A DNA stretch of 63,671 bases, counting the filler, from Basidiobolus ranarum (lineage: Eukaryota): NCBI GenBank assembly GCA_040143965.1. It is 23 parts of 23 records of this genome, joined end to end, with 100 filler letters (N's around TTAATTAATTAA, not from the genome) between each part and the next. Parts side by side here need not be neighbours in the genome. Positions count along the whole stretch, not along the records: positions 1 to 2,686 come from JASJQH010009946.1; positions 2,787 to 5,471 come from JASJQH010009947.1; positions 5,572 to 8,255 come from JASJQH010009948.1; positions 8,356 to 11,037 come from JASJQH010009949.1; positions 11,138 to 13,819 come from JASJQH010009950.1; 18 more parts are not named here. The stretch is one strand, 5' to 3'. The notes under the pieces are model-generated. The model was not told the DNA's origin and did no database searches. It was given only the letters and a program-made list of their open reading frames with translations. Positions 1 through 12,040 of this stretch are shown here, one piece after another (the stretch's first letter is position 1; each line of letters begins with the position of its first letter). The position numbers and the translations under genes were made by a program.

Positions 1-88
1 ATGTTGACTAACTAATATGTGATATATGAAATAGTTAGGTGTATAAAGATAGGGATAACATATATGATAAAGACAATAAACTTCAACA
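1..88 (-). repeat. Partial copia LTR (family B)
   Basis: Ends in GATAAAGACAATAAACTTCAACA, as do the LTR-B copies ending at 12040, 15281, 62089 and 62857. Confidence 0.8.
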
Positions 89-515
89 GTTTGTGGGATC
101 ATCTGATACTCTCTGTGAAAGCTGCAAGATGGACTTCTTGGTGAGATAAGTCAAGATTCACAGCATTATTGTTTTAGCCATGGGGTAATCTATTCAAGCA
201 ATGACTTATCTACTTGTAGCAGGACATTATTTGACTGCAAGTCAGGTATATTTTGGTTCAATCTGTTGTGCAAATTTGATAAAATCCCTGAGCTTGTTCT
301 CAGTGTCAATGGTAACAAGAGTCAGCCAATTGGCAAGTGCCAGTACTACTCCATATTTCAGATGAATAGCAATTTTTCCACCATTAGTTTGCTGGTAAAG
401 AATATTAAAGTTGCTAAGTTACATGTGATCAGGCAAGTATGAGCATACATAGAGACTATACACAATAATATTCTTGCATTTTTTGATTCTAATTATGGCT
501 GGAATTCAAAACCTG
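89..515 (+). mobile_element. Decayed C-terminal fragment of the CMC/EnSpm transposase
   Basis: Similar to 57440-57860 and 21250-21680 (e.g. TTTTAGCCATGGGGTAATCTATTCAAGCAATGA). Confidence 0.7.
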
Positions 516-539
516 TGTGGGCTTGTGCCAAAAGATCTC

Positions 540-1234
540 TGGGTGAAAAAAGATATTTAAGCATAGTTATGAATGATTATAAAAGATATGCTTAAGTGTG
601 CTTGATGGAAAGACAAGAATAAGCTCACTATATCTTTGGTCATTTGCAAACTCTTGTGGCAACTGACACTGGGAACACAAACTGGAATATATATAACATT
701 GATGGTTGGGAATATACTTCAACACTATTTACTTACTGTTGCATAGTTAATAGAATTGAGTAAGAGACTATTGCCCATTATTCATTTTAACACAATACAG
801 ATGATGAAAGAGCTAACAAAACATAATTGAAGTAGGAAGATCTATAAAAATGAACAAATTTACCTCACAATTCTTGGGCAGAATCTGTTACTACAGCTAT
901 TGATCTAAAGAATAGGAGTCAAACAAGAGGTTTGCCTAACTCTACACCCTAGTAAGTTTGGTTTGTAGCTATACCTGATGTAAAATAGTTGAGACTCTTT
1001 AGCCACATTATATAAATCACCTTATGCCAAATAGTGATCTTGATGTGATCCAAACAGTACAAAATGCATACTTGTGGGTTATTGTACTCTGGCTAGGACA
1101 CAAAGATTCTTTGATACCAATGATTCAAAGATATACAATTCCAGGAAATGTTTTACTTAATTAAAAGATTTAAGTTTCACTCAAAGTGATCTCACATGAG
1201 GGCAAATATTGATTCTTTCCTATTCTAATAATTC
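540..1234 (+). mobile_element. Heavily decayed Ty1/copia integrase region
   Basis: Residual E.V.TA..L.NRS.T..L...TP motif near 880-950; many stops. Confidence 0.5.
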
Positions 1235-2588
1235 TGTTCAAACTAGCATTACCTAAGCACCTATATAGTCATATATATATTGTAGTACTTAGATATTTTC
1301 TATTTTATTGAGATATTACCCATAGTACTCAATTGGAGTATGCTTGAAATATTTTCACCAACTTAGAAGTTCTCAAATATATGGATAGTTCCAACTTGTA
1401 CTAGAAGCCCCAAAATTTGCACATATGGTCCTGGGCCTTTTCTAAGCACATTAAGCATATATGCTTGCCTACATTGTGACCAAACTATAAGTGTCAGCTA
1501 TAGCTCAATAAATTAATAAGTGAAAATCACCTATTTCCCTTATTCTTCAAACCACTTGCACCAGAATCCTCAATGCTTTAACAGGTTATCCACCCTAAAC
1601 TTGCACTCCCTGTAATGTCTACTTCTCAAATTTCCAGGACTTTGCCCTCTGCTGAAAAATTGGATGGAACCAATTAACAAGTTTGGAAATTCAAAAAATA
1701 ACCTGCTGCAAGAAAAGGACTTTGGGACACTGTTGCAGCAGAAGAAGGCAATGCAAAACCATCTGAAACCAAACTTTTACTTCAGGTTATAAAGGAACAA
1801 AATGCCTTTACCATAATTGGTCTCAATGTCAAAGACAAAGAAGTAATTCAATGTTCAAGAGGTATCATTGCTAAGAAGGGACCTATCAAATATGTTCTGC
1901 TTCTAACAAGATGTTTCTAAGAACACCATTGTTTAACCTAAAGAAGAAGCCAGGAGAAGACATTAAATCACTAATTAATCAAGTCACTGTCTTAGTGGAT
2001 GAAATGGAATGCTTTGAAGTATGTACCACAGATCAGGATTTTGTCATTGCAGTCCTGAATAGCCAACCACCCAAGCTTTAGAGTCTAGTAATGGCTCTAG
2101 AATCAGGAACTGATATCTGACAGTAAAGTGTGCATTTGGCAGACTCCAAGATAAGCAAAACAAAGCAGAAAGTGCTTTAATTGGCTCAGGGAAACCTTCC
2201 AAAAAAGTTTAATAGCACATTAAAGAAAAAGTAGCATGTTCTGAGATTAATGCAAAAGAACTGGCCACATAAGTAAAGAATGTGTTACAAGAATTGCAAA
2301 ATTAGAAAAACACACTGGATCTGCAAATGCAATTACAACAGGAGATCACATATTTTTAACTGCTCTATGTATGACTACCAACAAGGATTCTCAGATGTAG
2401 TATATCTGTTCTGGAGCCACCCAACTTCTCACAAATATAAAACATTGGTGTGTGAGTCATGAAGAGATCCCAATTACAAAGTCTTTGATGGGAGATCACC
2501 ATAATTAGGATGTCATTGGAATGGGAACAACTCTCCTCAACTTAAGTCATGCCACTGAAGAGAAAGTGTGTACATTGGACTTGTTCTC
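1235..2588 (+). mobile_element. Ty1/copia family C: 5' LTR (1235-1583), degenerate PBS, decayed gag-protease
   Basis: LTR runs TGTT...AACA and is followed by GGTTAT. The gag (EKLDGTN..VW) is homologous to 33350-33903 and 40221-41298. Confidence 0.8.
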
Positions 2589-2686
2589 TGTGATAGTGCC
2601 AGATTGTGCTGTATATATCATATTGGATAAATTATTCTAAAATTTATGCGGCACAATTTGGCACTATCCATCACCCTCTGGCATGA

Positions 2687-2786
2687 NNNNNNNNNNNNNN
2701 NNNNNNNNNNNNNNNNNNNNNNNNNNNNNNTTAATTAATTAANNNNNNNNNNNNNNNNNNNNNNNNNNNNNNNNNNNNNNNNNNNN
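2687..2786. other. Artificial 100-nt contig linker (first of 22)
   Basis: N44-TTAATTAATTAA-N44, with stops in all six frames. It recurs at 5472, 8256, 11038, 13820, 16601, 19378, 22155, 24930, 27705, 30478, 33250, 36022, 38793, 41563, 44331, 47098, 49864, 52629, 55393, 58154 and 60914. Contig lengths fall from 2686 to 2658 nt without ever rising. Confidence 0.99.
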
Positions 2787-3405
2787 TAGTGGGGTTCATC
2801 TCAGGATCTTTGGTTGCCCAGCATATTGCTTAATTCTGGCTCAAAAATGTTCTAAATTGGAACCCAAAAGCCGAAAATGCACATTTCTTGGTTGCGGTGA
2901 TGGACACAAGGCCTACACACTGCTTGATACCAAATATCAGAAGTTCATTGAGTACAGAGATGTGCTTTTTGATGAAAAAGCAAATTTTTGACCAAAAATC
3001 ACAGTTCTTGATTCAGAAAATACAATCTTCACTATTCAGGAGGTGTCTGACAAAATTCCAGCAGTATCTGAGTCCTAATCAGATATAATTCCTGCCCCAA
3101 TTACAGCAGAGAATGATTCAGGACCCAGATATCATCCAGAAGGAGAAATAAGCCAGGAAACTGGTGGAACACTTTCCATGATGATGTACATGCTTATGCG
3201 GCATTCTGTGACAAGCCACAGACTCTGGATCATGCGCTGGAGTGTTCAAAATTAAAATATGCAAAAAAGCAATGTCAGATGAATTCTCTTCACTTTAGGA
3301 CAATAAAACATGGGTTTTAGATCCTCTGCCATCAGGGAAAAAGCCAATAGGTTGCAAATGGGTTTACAAAGTCAAAAACCAAGCTGATAGAACCATAGAA
3401 AGGCT
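2787..3405 (+). mobile_element. Decayed copia integrase C-terminus and RT start
   Basis: Broken-frame motifs KLEPK..KC.FLG, DNKTW.L..LP.GKKPIGCKWVYKVK. Confidence 0.75.
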
Positions 3406-3815
3406 ATGTAATAAGTTAATAGTCAAGAAAAGTTCTGTAGAAGCATCTTCAAAGCCATCAACTCTCCAAATGGGTACTTTACCAACTTTTGAGCACCACT
3501 GTATAGAATATTTGTATAACATTATTACAACAAGCAAATCACAGGCAGAACACCATACTGATTTATATGCAATCATAAGTAAAAACTGCAAAGTTGCTCT
3601 ACAGGCTATGACAAGCAATAATGCTGCAATATTACAACTAATGCAGGGTTCTCAAGCAGCCAATCAGTAGAAGAGAGCTGCTCAACAATGATAGGAGACA
3701 TTCAGAATGCTGTACTTGAGCTACAGCAACAAGCTGCTCCCTGCATCCATTCTCATATGGTATTTCAATGAATCCCACACCTTAGATATGAACATCACCA
3801 CAACAATCTGGCGGT
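3406..3815 (+). mobile_element. Fragment of CMC/EnSpm element ORF2
   Basis: QAEHHTDLYAIISKNCKVALQAMTSNNAAILQLMQ matches ORF 32549-33235. Confidence 0.8.
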
Positions 3816-4434
3816 TAACTCCAAGGATTCTATTCTCATTTAAAAGATTGCATAAAGCAAGCTAAGATAACGAGCAAGGAAATCTGATGTGAAAAATGGT
3901 ACAGCAGAACGTTTCTATCATCCAAGGTTCACCTATTGGCTAGGTACAGTGAATATTGAGGGTTATGGAGGAGAGTTTGTTTATTTCCTTGTTGCGGGTA
4001 CGCTAATTCAACATACTAACGCATACTGAATGTAGTGGTGTATGGAAGGAGTCTTCTGACCGCTAAGCATAGGTGTTGATTGGAGCGTAATGCAATTCGA
4101 ATGTGTGTCTATGTGATGTTCTGGAAAGATTTCTATTTTGAAGATTAAACCAGAAAGTATTGCGATGTTTCTGGTATGGCTATGAAAGATTGAGTATCCA
4201 CAGCAAGCTCTTATATATTGTACAATAATATCAACGTTACACATGAATACTCTTCAGGGGAGAGGTTGATGAATTATTGTATAGAATTTTCAAAAAATGT
4301 ACGATTTGATTTGTGGGGAAATTTGTGAGGGGCTATAATCACTCAATTCGAGGGATGATGAGATAGAAAGAACTGTAAGGTTAGCTTTCTGGCAAGTGGA
4401 ATTTTTTTCGTTGGTTACTTTTACCCAAGTAATT

Positions 4435-5471
4435 ATGCCATCGAACAAGATTCTCAGTGACCCAATCTCTTACATATGGTCACAATCAGATGACCAAATC
4501 TCTGTTTCTTTTTTGGTCCCAAAGACCTTTCGTTCTAGAGATGCTATAATCGAGTTTCGTACAGACCAAATTCAAGCTGGTTTACGTGGAGCCGAACCTA
4601 TTATAAAGGTAGTTTTATGGGCATCACTTTATTCAAGACGATAATCGTTCCTGGTTTCGTTTGAAATACTTTCCCTCTTTGCAAATACTTTAGAATCAAT
4701 CTTTCTGAAGTGCCTAAGGGATACTGATAACGATTCAATGTTTTACTAACTTTTGTGTTGCTACAATCTAGGGAAAGCTTTATGCTCAAATACGCAGGAG
4801 CGATTCACTTTGGGAGATTGAACCAGCTTTAGACTCGGATCTAGTGGATACTGGTTTAGCTTCAGCACACCAACTTTTAACTTTACACTTGGAAAAGTTG
4901 GTTCGTGGGGTGGACTGGCCAGTGGTAGTAATTGAACCAGCCGCAGAAGATAAAGAAGTAGATATAACCTCCCAGTTCTACCTGGGTAAAATGCTTGAGA
5001 GTACTAGCCCCACCAAAGCGTTCAAGTACTACTCCTCGGCAGCAAGGAATGGTCATATTTCTTCGCAATTGAAATTGGCAGCAATGTATGAGATTGGCAA
5101 GGAAAAAAGCTCTATCGTTGTGGTAGATCGTAACATTGAGAAATCCTTTTACTGGCACTTACAGGCGGCCAAAAATGGAAATGCTGAAGCATGCTATATT
5201 GTTGGTACATCCTATTCGAATGGTCATGGTGTTGAAAAGTCCTACACAGATGCAATCAAATACTTCAAGATTGCCATGGATCTAGCATATCCTTCACTCA
5301 ATGGAACTAAGGCCGCTTCTCGATCTAGCCAAGTTAGAAGTTCATATGCGTTCTTTGTCAATTCAGCGTTCAGAGCCGGCCTAATCTATCTAGAGGGCGG
5401 TCATGGAGTTACAGCAGACCCCACCCTCGCTCTTGAATATTGGAAACAGTCAGCTGCTACTGGGCATGCAC
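4435..5471 (+). CDS. CS (p23/NudC-like) domain plus SEL1-like repeat protein, 3' truncated; exons 4435-4608 and 4772->5471
   Basis: GT...AG intron 4609-4771 with branch site TACTAAC. Splicing restores the CS motif YIWSQS...PIIK|GKLYAQIRRSDSLWEIE. Sel1 repeats follow (AFKYYSSAARNGH, SFYWHLQAAKNGNAEA, ALEYWKQSAATGH). Confidence 0.85.
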
Positions 5472-5571
5472 NNNNNNNNNNNNNNNNNNNNNNNNNNNNN
5501 NNNNNNNNNNNNNNNTTAATTAATTAANNNNNNNNNNNNNNNNNNNNNNNNNNNNNNNNNNNNNNNNNNNN

Positions 5572-6422
5572 TGCATTTCCAGATTCAGATACACTGGCAA
5601 AAAAGCTTAATTTCACCACGGAACCAGGTACACCAGTTGGAAGAGTGCTAAATTTGAAATTTTCCAACACCTGGCACCTCTCAACAAGCCAAAACATCCA
5701 CAAATAAAACACATGGCTCTCCAACCTCAACTGGTACTTTTCAAAGTGTTGAAATTAGCACCAAAGTTAAAGGCAAGCATAAAGCTGCACAAATACTGCA
5801 GAGCACCCTCTGTAGTTTCAAACTACAAGGACTTACAAAATTAGTCAAAGTGCTTGAGGAGTATTTTCAAAAGTATGAAGGGAAAAACCCAGTGCAAACA
5901 TGCAGAAAGTGGCTTCAGAAGAAGAACATTCAACTCAACATTCAGTCTGGTGTTGAGCATGTAGATATCTGGGAAGAACTTAATACAGAGTGGCACAGTA
6001 TTGCAGGGTATCCACCAGATAGCTGGAAGAATGTTAATTCAGCAATGTTAATACAATGGGGGGCTTTGATGGAGATATTGATACAAACTTGTGTTCGATA
6101 TGAAGAACTCTATAAAAATATTCAGGAGAATATATCAAAGAGACTCAAGATTTTAAAGATGACAAATTAACCTTCAAGTGGTAATTGTGTAAAATTTGAG
6201 TTACATTTTTTGCACATGTGTTGATCCATATTTCTCTGCGATTGTAGCCAATCATGTGCAACTTTTTTGTGAGATCTTGAAATTTCACTCCTGAAACTGA
6301 AAAAATTGATTAAAATCAAATCTGACTTGATGATTTTATGATGGTAAGTAAATGGCCAATCCCAAATGCATTAAAATTGTGATGGTTTTCCTACAATAAC
6401 AATCCTCAAATTTCTGTTAGGG
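5572..6422 (+). mobile_element. CMC/EnSpm element: ORF2 3' part and terminus
   Basis: LEEYFQKYEGKN...WHSIAGYPPDSW, ending in ATTTCTGTTAGGG (terminal inverted repeat). Confidence 0.8.
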
Positions 6423-8255
6423 TTAGTATATGCTAATATTCCTAAACCCCAGCATAGGAAATTGGACAAAAAGGCATTTCAATATCTCCTATTAGGATAT
6501 CAGAACAAAGGCTACCATCTCCTGATTGCTGGCACAAATCATATCATCAACTCCAGAGAAACTATATTCATTGAAGAAAATCTCAAATCTTCTAAGCAAG
6601 CAAATTTGATTTTGGCTGAAAATCAATTCCTCAAAAACTCAAATTCAGAGTTAACAAGTTCTGAAACCAATCTTGAGCTGACAAGTGCTGAAACCAACTT
6701 GGAAAATGATACATTGGAAATAGATGCTGGAATCAGGCCAAATTTGGAATCTGAAACTATGTATTAGTGTTATCCAAATTTAGAAAATACCACATCTGGG
6801 ACAAGTTCTAAAACATCAGCCACCAATGAATATATGACAAAGCTCAAATCATTACCAATCCCTGTGGTGAATATTCCTAGCAGAAAACCGACAAGCAAAA
6901 GTCCTGTCTCAAACCTCACTTTTAGTACTGAAACCAAGGAGAACAAACTATTATATGATATTCTTGAATCAAGCAGCTATAGAAGTAGTGAACCATTAGG
7001 CAGCACTAGAAATGAACTAATTCCTACTAGAAACCTGATAATTATTCTGAGGATACTGATAATTTGCAACCAACTTCTGGAAATCAGCATATTATCTCTG
7101 CCAATGAACCATGGTAATCAGACAATGGGTGCCAAAACCAAAACTTGACTAAGATGGATCTATCAAACAGTACAAAGCAAGATTAGTAGTAAAAGGCTAT
7201 GCTTGGAAACATGGCAATGACTATGATGAAACATTTTCTCCCATTGCTAAGTTTACCTCAATCAGAGTAATCCTGGCTGTTGCTACCCACCAAGGAATGC
7301 TGATTGAACAAATGGATGTCAGACAGCATTTCTTAATGGAGAAATTGATGAAGATACATACATGGATCAACCAGAGAGATATATTGCAAATGGAAGAGAA
7401 CATCAAGTGTGCAAACTACAGAGAAGTCTATATGGTTTGAAACAGGCTCCTTGCATATGAAATAACAAAATCAATCAGATCTTCATGAAACATCTTTTTC
7501 ATTGTAGCAATGCCAATCACTGCATACACTTGAAGACTATCAAAGCCACCAAAGTGATAGTTGCTCTCTATGTTGATGATATCATAATAGTTAGTAATTG
7601 CCCAAATATGATGAAACAAACTAAGACCTGGCTATCTACCAAGTCTGAAATGCAGGATCTTGGATCACTAGCATGTTGTCTTAGAATGCAGATACATCAA
7701 ATTTCTACTATTGGAACACTCTGTATTACACAAGAAAAGTATATTGGAGATGTTTTAAGCAGATTCAATATGGAAGAATGTAAAACAGCTTAAAATCCAC
7801 TATGTATGATGAAACTCACTAAGGATGTGAAACCAAAGACCTCTGAAAGTATTGCAATCAGGAAACATATTCCTTACCATAGTGCAGTTGGAAGTCTCAT
7901 ATATGCAACAACTGGTACTAGGCCTGATGTTGCTACAGCAGTAAGTATTGTAAGCAAACATATGCAGAATCCTACAATGGACATTAAATAGCTATAAAAT
8001 AGATAATATGCTATCTGACAGGAAAAATGCATCATGGAATTCAACTTAGTAAGCAGTACAGCATGTCACTAATTTTGGAAGGATATGCTGATGCAGACTG
8101 GGCTAACAATATAGAAGACTGTAAATCCAGAACTGCATATGTGTTTAAGCTAGCAGGTGGGCCAATAAGCTGGATAAGCAAGAAACAACAACCTGGTGCA
8201 TTTTCACCTACAGAAAGCAGAATATATGGCAAGCCCTATGGCTGTTGAAGAAGCT
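6423..8255 (+). mobile_element. Decayed Ty1/copia pol (integrase tail, RT, RNase H)
   Basis: YKARLVVKGY, ALYVDDIIIVS, PYHSAVGSLIYA..GTRPD and GYADADWA motifs, with frameshifts. Confidence 0.9.
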
Positions 8256-8942
8256 NNNNNNNNNNNNNNNNNNNNNNNNNNNNNNNNNNNNNNNNNNNNT
8301 TAATTAATTAANNNNNNNNNNNNNNNNNNNNNNNNNNNNNNNNNNNNNNNNNNNNACTCCAACTAAATGACTGCAGAAATCCACTGATTAAGAAGTGGCT
8401 AGCCACACCATCTTTAAACACACCATCATGCTGGAAATTGATACAAGATGATCCTCTTGCTTCTGAGTTAGCTTTACAGCTGCATGAAACAAAACAGCCT
8501 AAAATTGTTGCTATAGACTTCCCGCTAGACCTTTGAAGGCAATACCTTGCCTCTAAGATGCCTTTCTTGATTCCCATTACTCCAGGTTTTTGTCCTATTG
8601 TCCATCTAGCTTGTACTAAGTACCTTCCTTTCTGCCTACCACCTCTGCCCCTTAACACTATATTTACATCCTCTGAACTTGATAGCATTGGTCATCAAGT
8701 TAAGTATGGATATGATCCAGTATTGGCACAATATCTTAAAAGGTTAATGTCTTGATTGTCACTTTGTTTAGATTAGTATTTAAGCTAAGTAAAGTCCACA
8801 CCACATGGAGCTTTTCATCCCCCTAACCCAAGTGTCTTAGACTCTACTGACTTGACTTTTCTACTTTGAAACATTCATACCAATATTCCAGAATTCCACA
8901 CTTTAATTAAGACACTACAAAAGTAGCTATGGCTCCTTTGTT

Positions 8943-9876
8943 TTGTTTCAAATAAAGAATTCACCTGTTAGTTACAGTCTCCCCCCTAAACCTAAGGTCC
9001 TGCAGCGAAGTAATGTTAGCAAGTCGTTTGTTAGAAACAATCAACGAGAACATTTTATGCCTCTCTTGATTGACATTGTCAAAGATAAGACAGCCATTTT
9101 TGATATTGGAGCTGGAGCTGGAGAATTCTTAGATGAAGTACATTTACTCATTCAACAAGTCACGTTCTACTTGGAGGAACCTAATTGGGTTCTAGTCGAT
9201 CAGTACAAAGAGTGCTTACAACAATATAGCTTTCGACTAGGAGGCGCCGAGGAGCGCACTATACAGGAATACTTGAGAGGGGATAATAATATTGACCTCG
9301 TTGACTGTATACTCTGCACGCATATGATATATCACTTTACCGCCTTCACCTCCAAGAAAATTCAGCCGAAAGAAGATTTGATTGATTCTATTGCAGGTTT
9401 GTATGACCAACTACGGGATGAAGGTTGTATTTTTTTGATGTATACAGATTTGGAAACAGCCTATGCCGGCAAGTTTGCAATCAGCTATTTTGAAACGCTG
9501 GAGCAAACACATTATCACACCAATTTATCGAAACTTTATAAAGCACGAAACGATTTATTGAGAGATCAGGGAGCACTTTCTGTATTACAATCATTGCATC
9601 CTAATGACAGTATCACTATGGAGTCCCATCTTACCAAGTCGATTCTATGTAGATAGTATCGCTAATCTGGCAGCGATGAGTTTGGTTGGTGAATTGATAG
9701 GATCCAGCGAAAAGACCTTTGAAATTCAGAAACTCAAGCATGCCACCCATGTGTTGAACCAACCCAACAATGGAATTCAATTACTCAAGGAGGGTATGTG
9801 GAGCGCTAATGAGGAGCAAGTATTATGTATTATCAGAAAAAATCCCCAAAAAGAATCCATGTTGAATTGGCTCTAA
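8943..9876 (+). pseudogene. Class I SAM-dependent methyltransferase, frameshifted near 9635-9645
   Basis: Motif I IFDIGAGAGEF, post-I YLEEPN and motif IV CILCTHMIYHF. Reading appears to continue in the +1 frame (SRFYVDSIANLAAM...) to the stop at 9876. The start is uncertain. Confidence 0.65.
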
Positions 9877-11137
9877 TCTCACCCGAGTGCTTTTTAGAAG
9901 GAAATGGAATTTAATAAAGTGACCATAGCACCACTAATCTGGACATATGTAGGTTTGGTTGCATTGGTTAGGGTCTAATCCTAACCCTTTCAAACATGGC
10001 CATAGGGCTAGGGCCACACTTAGCATATCAATATCAACGACTCTTAGGGTTAATAGTCTTTCTTTCTCATCTTTCAATCCTATTTGATTCTATGCTTCAC
10101 AAGGGGCAACAACCCTCACTCTTAATTTCCATCTATAGCACAATGGCAGATTAGAATTCTGCGAGAATTCTGCGGAATAGATAAATCTAGGACACAAGAA
10201 AAGGTATGTCACCTGATCTCCTCATGGATAATTTTAGCTTAGTGGGAAAACGTTAGAGCCAACTAACTGGTTTTTAGTTAACTTTTTACTGGCAACATGG
10301 TTGGCCAGAATTTTGGGGGGCTTAAGGATCCATGAACATCATCTCAGAGAACGAGTTGGGGAAAAGTAGATGCTGATAGTTCAGACAACAAGCGTAATTG
10401 CGGATTTAGACAGAATTATGGGCTAGTTATGGTCATATTGGCTAGCATTACTCTCCTTGATGAACTTTGTTCTTCATGGTTGGTCATTTGCTCATATTCA
10501 AGCACCAGAGTTAGTGTTCGAAAAGTATGCATATATCCTCTAAATGGTGGGGAAATCGCACCACTGCATTCTGACCAGTAGCATTTGAGCGGAGATATTA
10601 CTATAATTTGCTAACGCTAGGTTCCAAGTCATCAACTTTCCATCAACAATGGAATTTGCGGGTAAGCAACATTACTAATATATTAATACACAAGGCTAGT
10701 CAGAGATTTTCGAGTGAAAGCCAGGGTTGCGGTTTATTTAGCGAATCAGTTTAGCGTATTAGTATACAGGAATACAAGAAATACTCGGTCAATCTTTCGG
10801 AACACTGTGAAGTGTTTAGATCGGAGTAAGAGAAGCCACCTAAATTTGGTACCTCCTTCCTGTTTAGCGAAAGAATTGATTATCCAAAAGTAGAGGTTAA
10901 GGACTAACGGTGGCTTACGACATCCCGTAAGATTTCCTAAATATATCCAAAAATATGTGGAGATTTTGACTACTCCTGGTAATACTGGTCATGTTACATT
11001 CATGGCGTACAATTAAAATGGTTTCCTCGAATTTAACNNNNNNNNNNNNNNNNNNNNNNNNNNNNNNNNNNNNNNNNNNNNTTAATTAATTAANNNNNNN
11101 NNNNNNNNNNNNNNNNNNNNNNNNNNNNNNNNNNNNN

Positions 11138-12040
11138 CTTTTCATCTCCGGAGACTACATCCCAAAGCTCCCTGTCTTCCAGCATGATTTGCATCTTGAA
11201 CTTCCAGAAATTGTAATTTTCTCCATCAAGCTTTTCAACACTTGAGTTGATAAAAGTGGTAGTAGTGGTTTCTGTCATGCTGTAAAGGTTAGAGCATGGC
11301 ACTCATAACCTATTTGCAAAATATGGGCTGTTTGGAGGAACTTTAGAAAAGTGACGTTTTGAATAGCTTTGTGAGATAATTATTTATTGTCTAGAAATAA
11401 AGCATTTACACATTTTGGTGGAAATATAGAAAACTAACACTAGGCTTGTGTTCAGGACATCTGTGGGAGTAAAATGAGCAATCTTTGGTGCAATTTGGAA
11501 GAGTTTGAAATTTCCAATATAGAATTGCTAATTCTCACAGTATTCACATATATTTATAATATATGTTCCGATTTTCAGCTAAGTGATATCTGACTAAGTT
11601 ATTTAACTAACTTATATGTGATATATGTAATAGTTAGGAGTATAAAGATAGAGATAACTGTTGAAATTAGCATTGCCTAAACACCTATATAGTCACATAT
11701 AGCTTAGTACTTAGTAATCTTATAATTCACTAAGATATTATCAATTATTCTTAATCAGAATTTACTTAGAATATTTTTACCAACTTAGAAGTTCTCAGAT
11801 ATATAGATTTTTCAAACTTATGCTAGAAGGCCCAAACTTTGCACACATGTTCCTGGGACCTTCTTTAACATATTCTACATGTTAGTTTGTTTACATCTTA
11901 ACAAAACTATAAATGTCAACTTTCTACTCAATAAATCAATAAGGGAAAACCAACAATTGCTCTAAATCTCCAAACCACTTCCAACAGGCTCCCAAATACT
12001 TGAACAATAACAAATATGATAAAGACAATAAACTTCAACA
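11138..12040 (-). mobile_element. Ty1/copia family B 5' end: LTR (11311-12040, interrupted), PBS GGTTATGAG, gag start
   Basis: Gag reads VEKLDGENYNFWKFKMQIMLEDRELWDVVSG. The PBS lies directly after the LTR. Confidence 0.85.
11659..12006 (+). repeat. Solo LTR, family C (348 bp), with 5-bp TSD ATAAC
   Basis: TGTTG...GAACA, flanked by ATAAC at 11654-11658 and 12007-12011. Confidence 0.9.
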
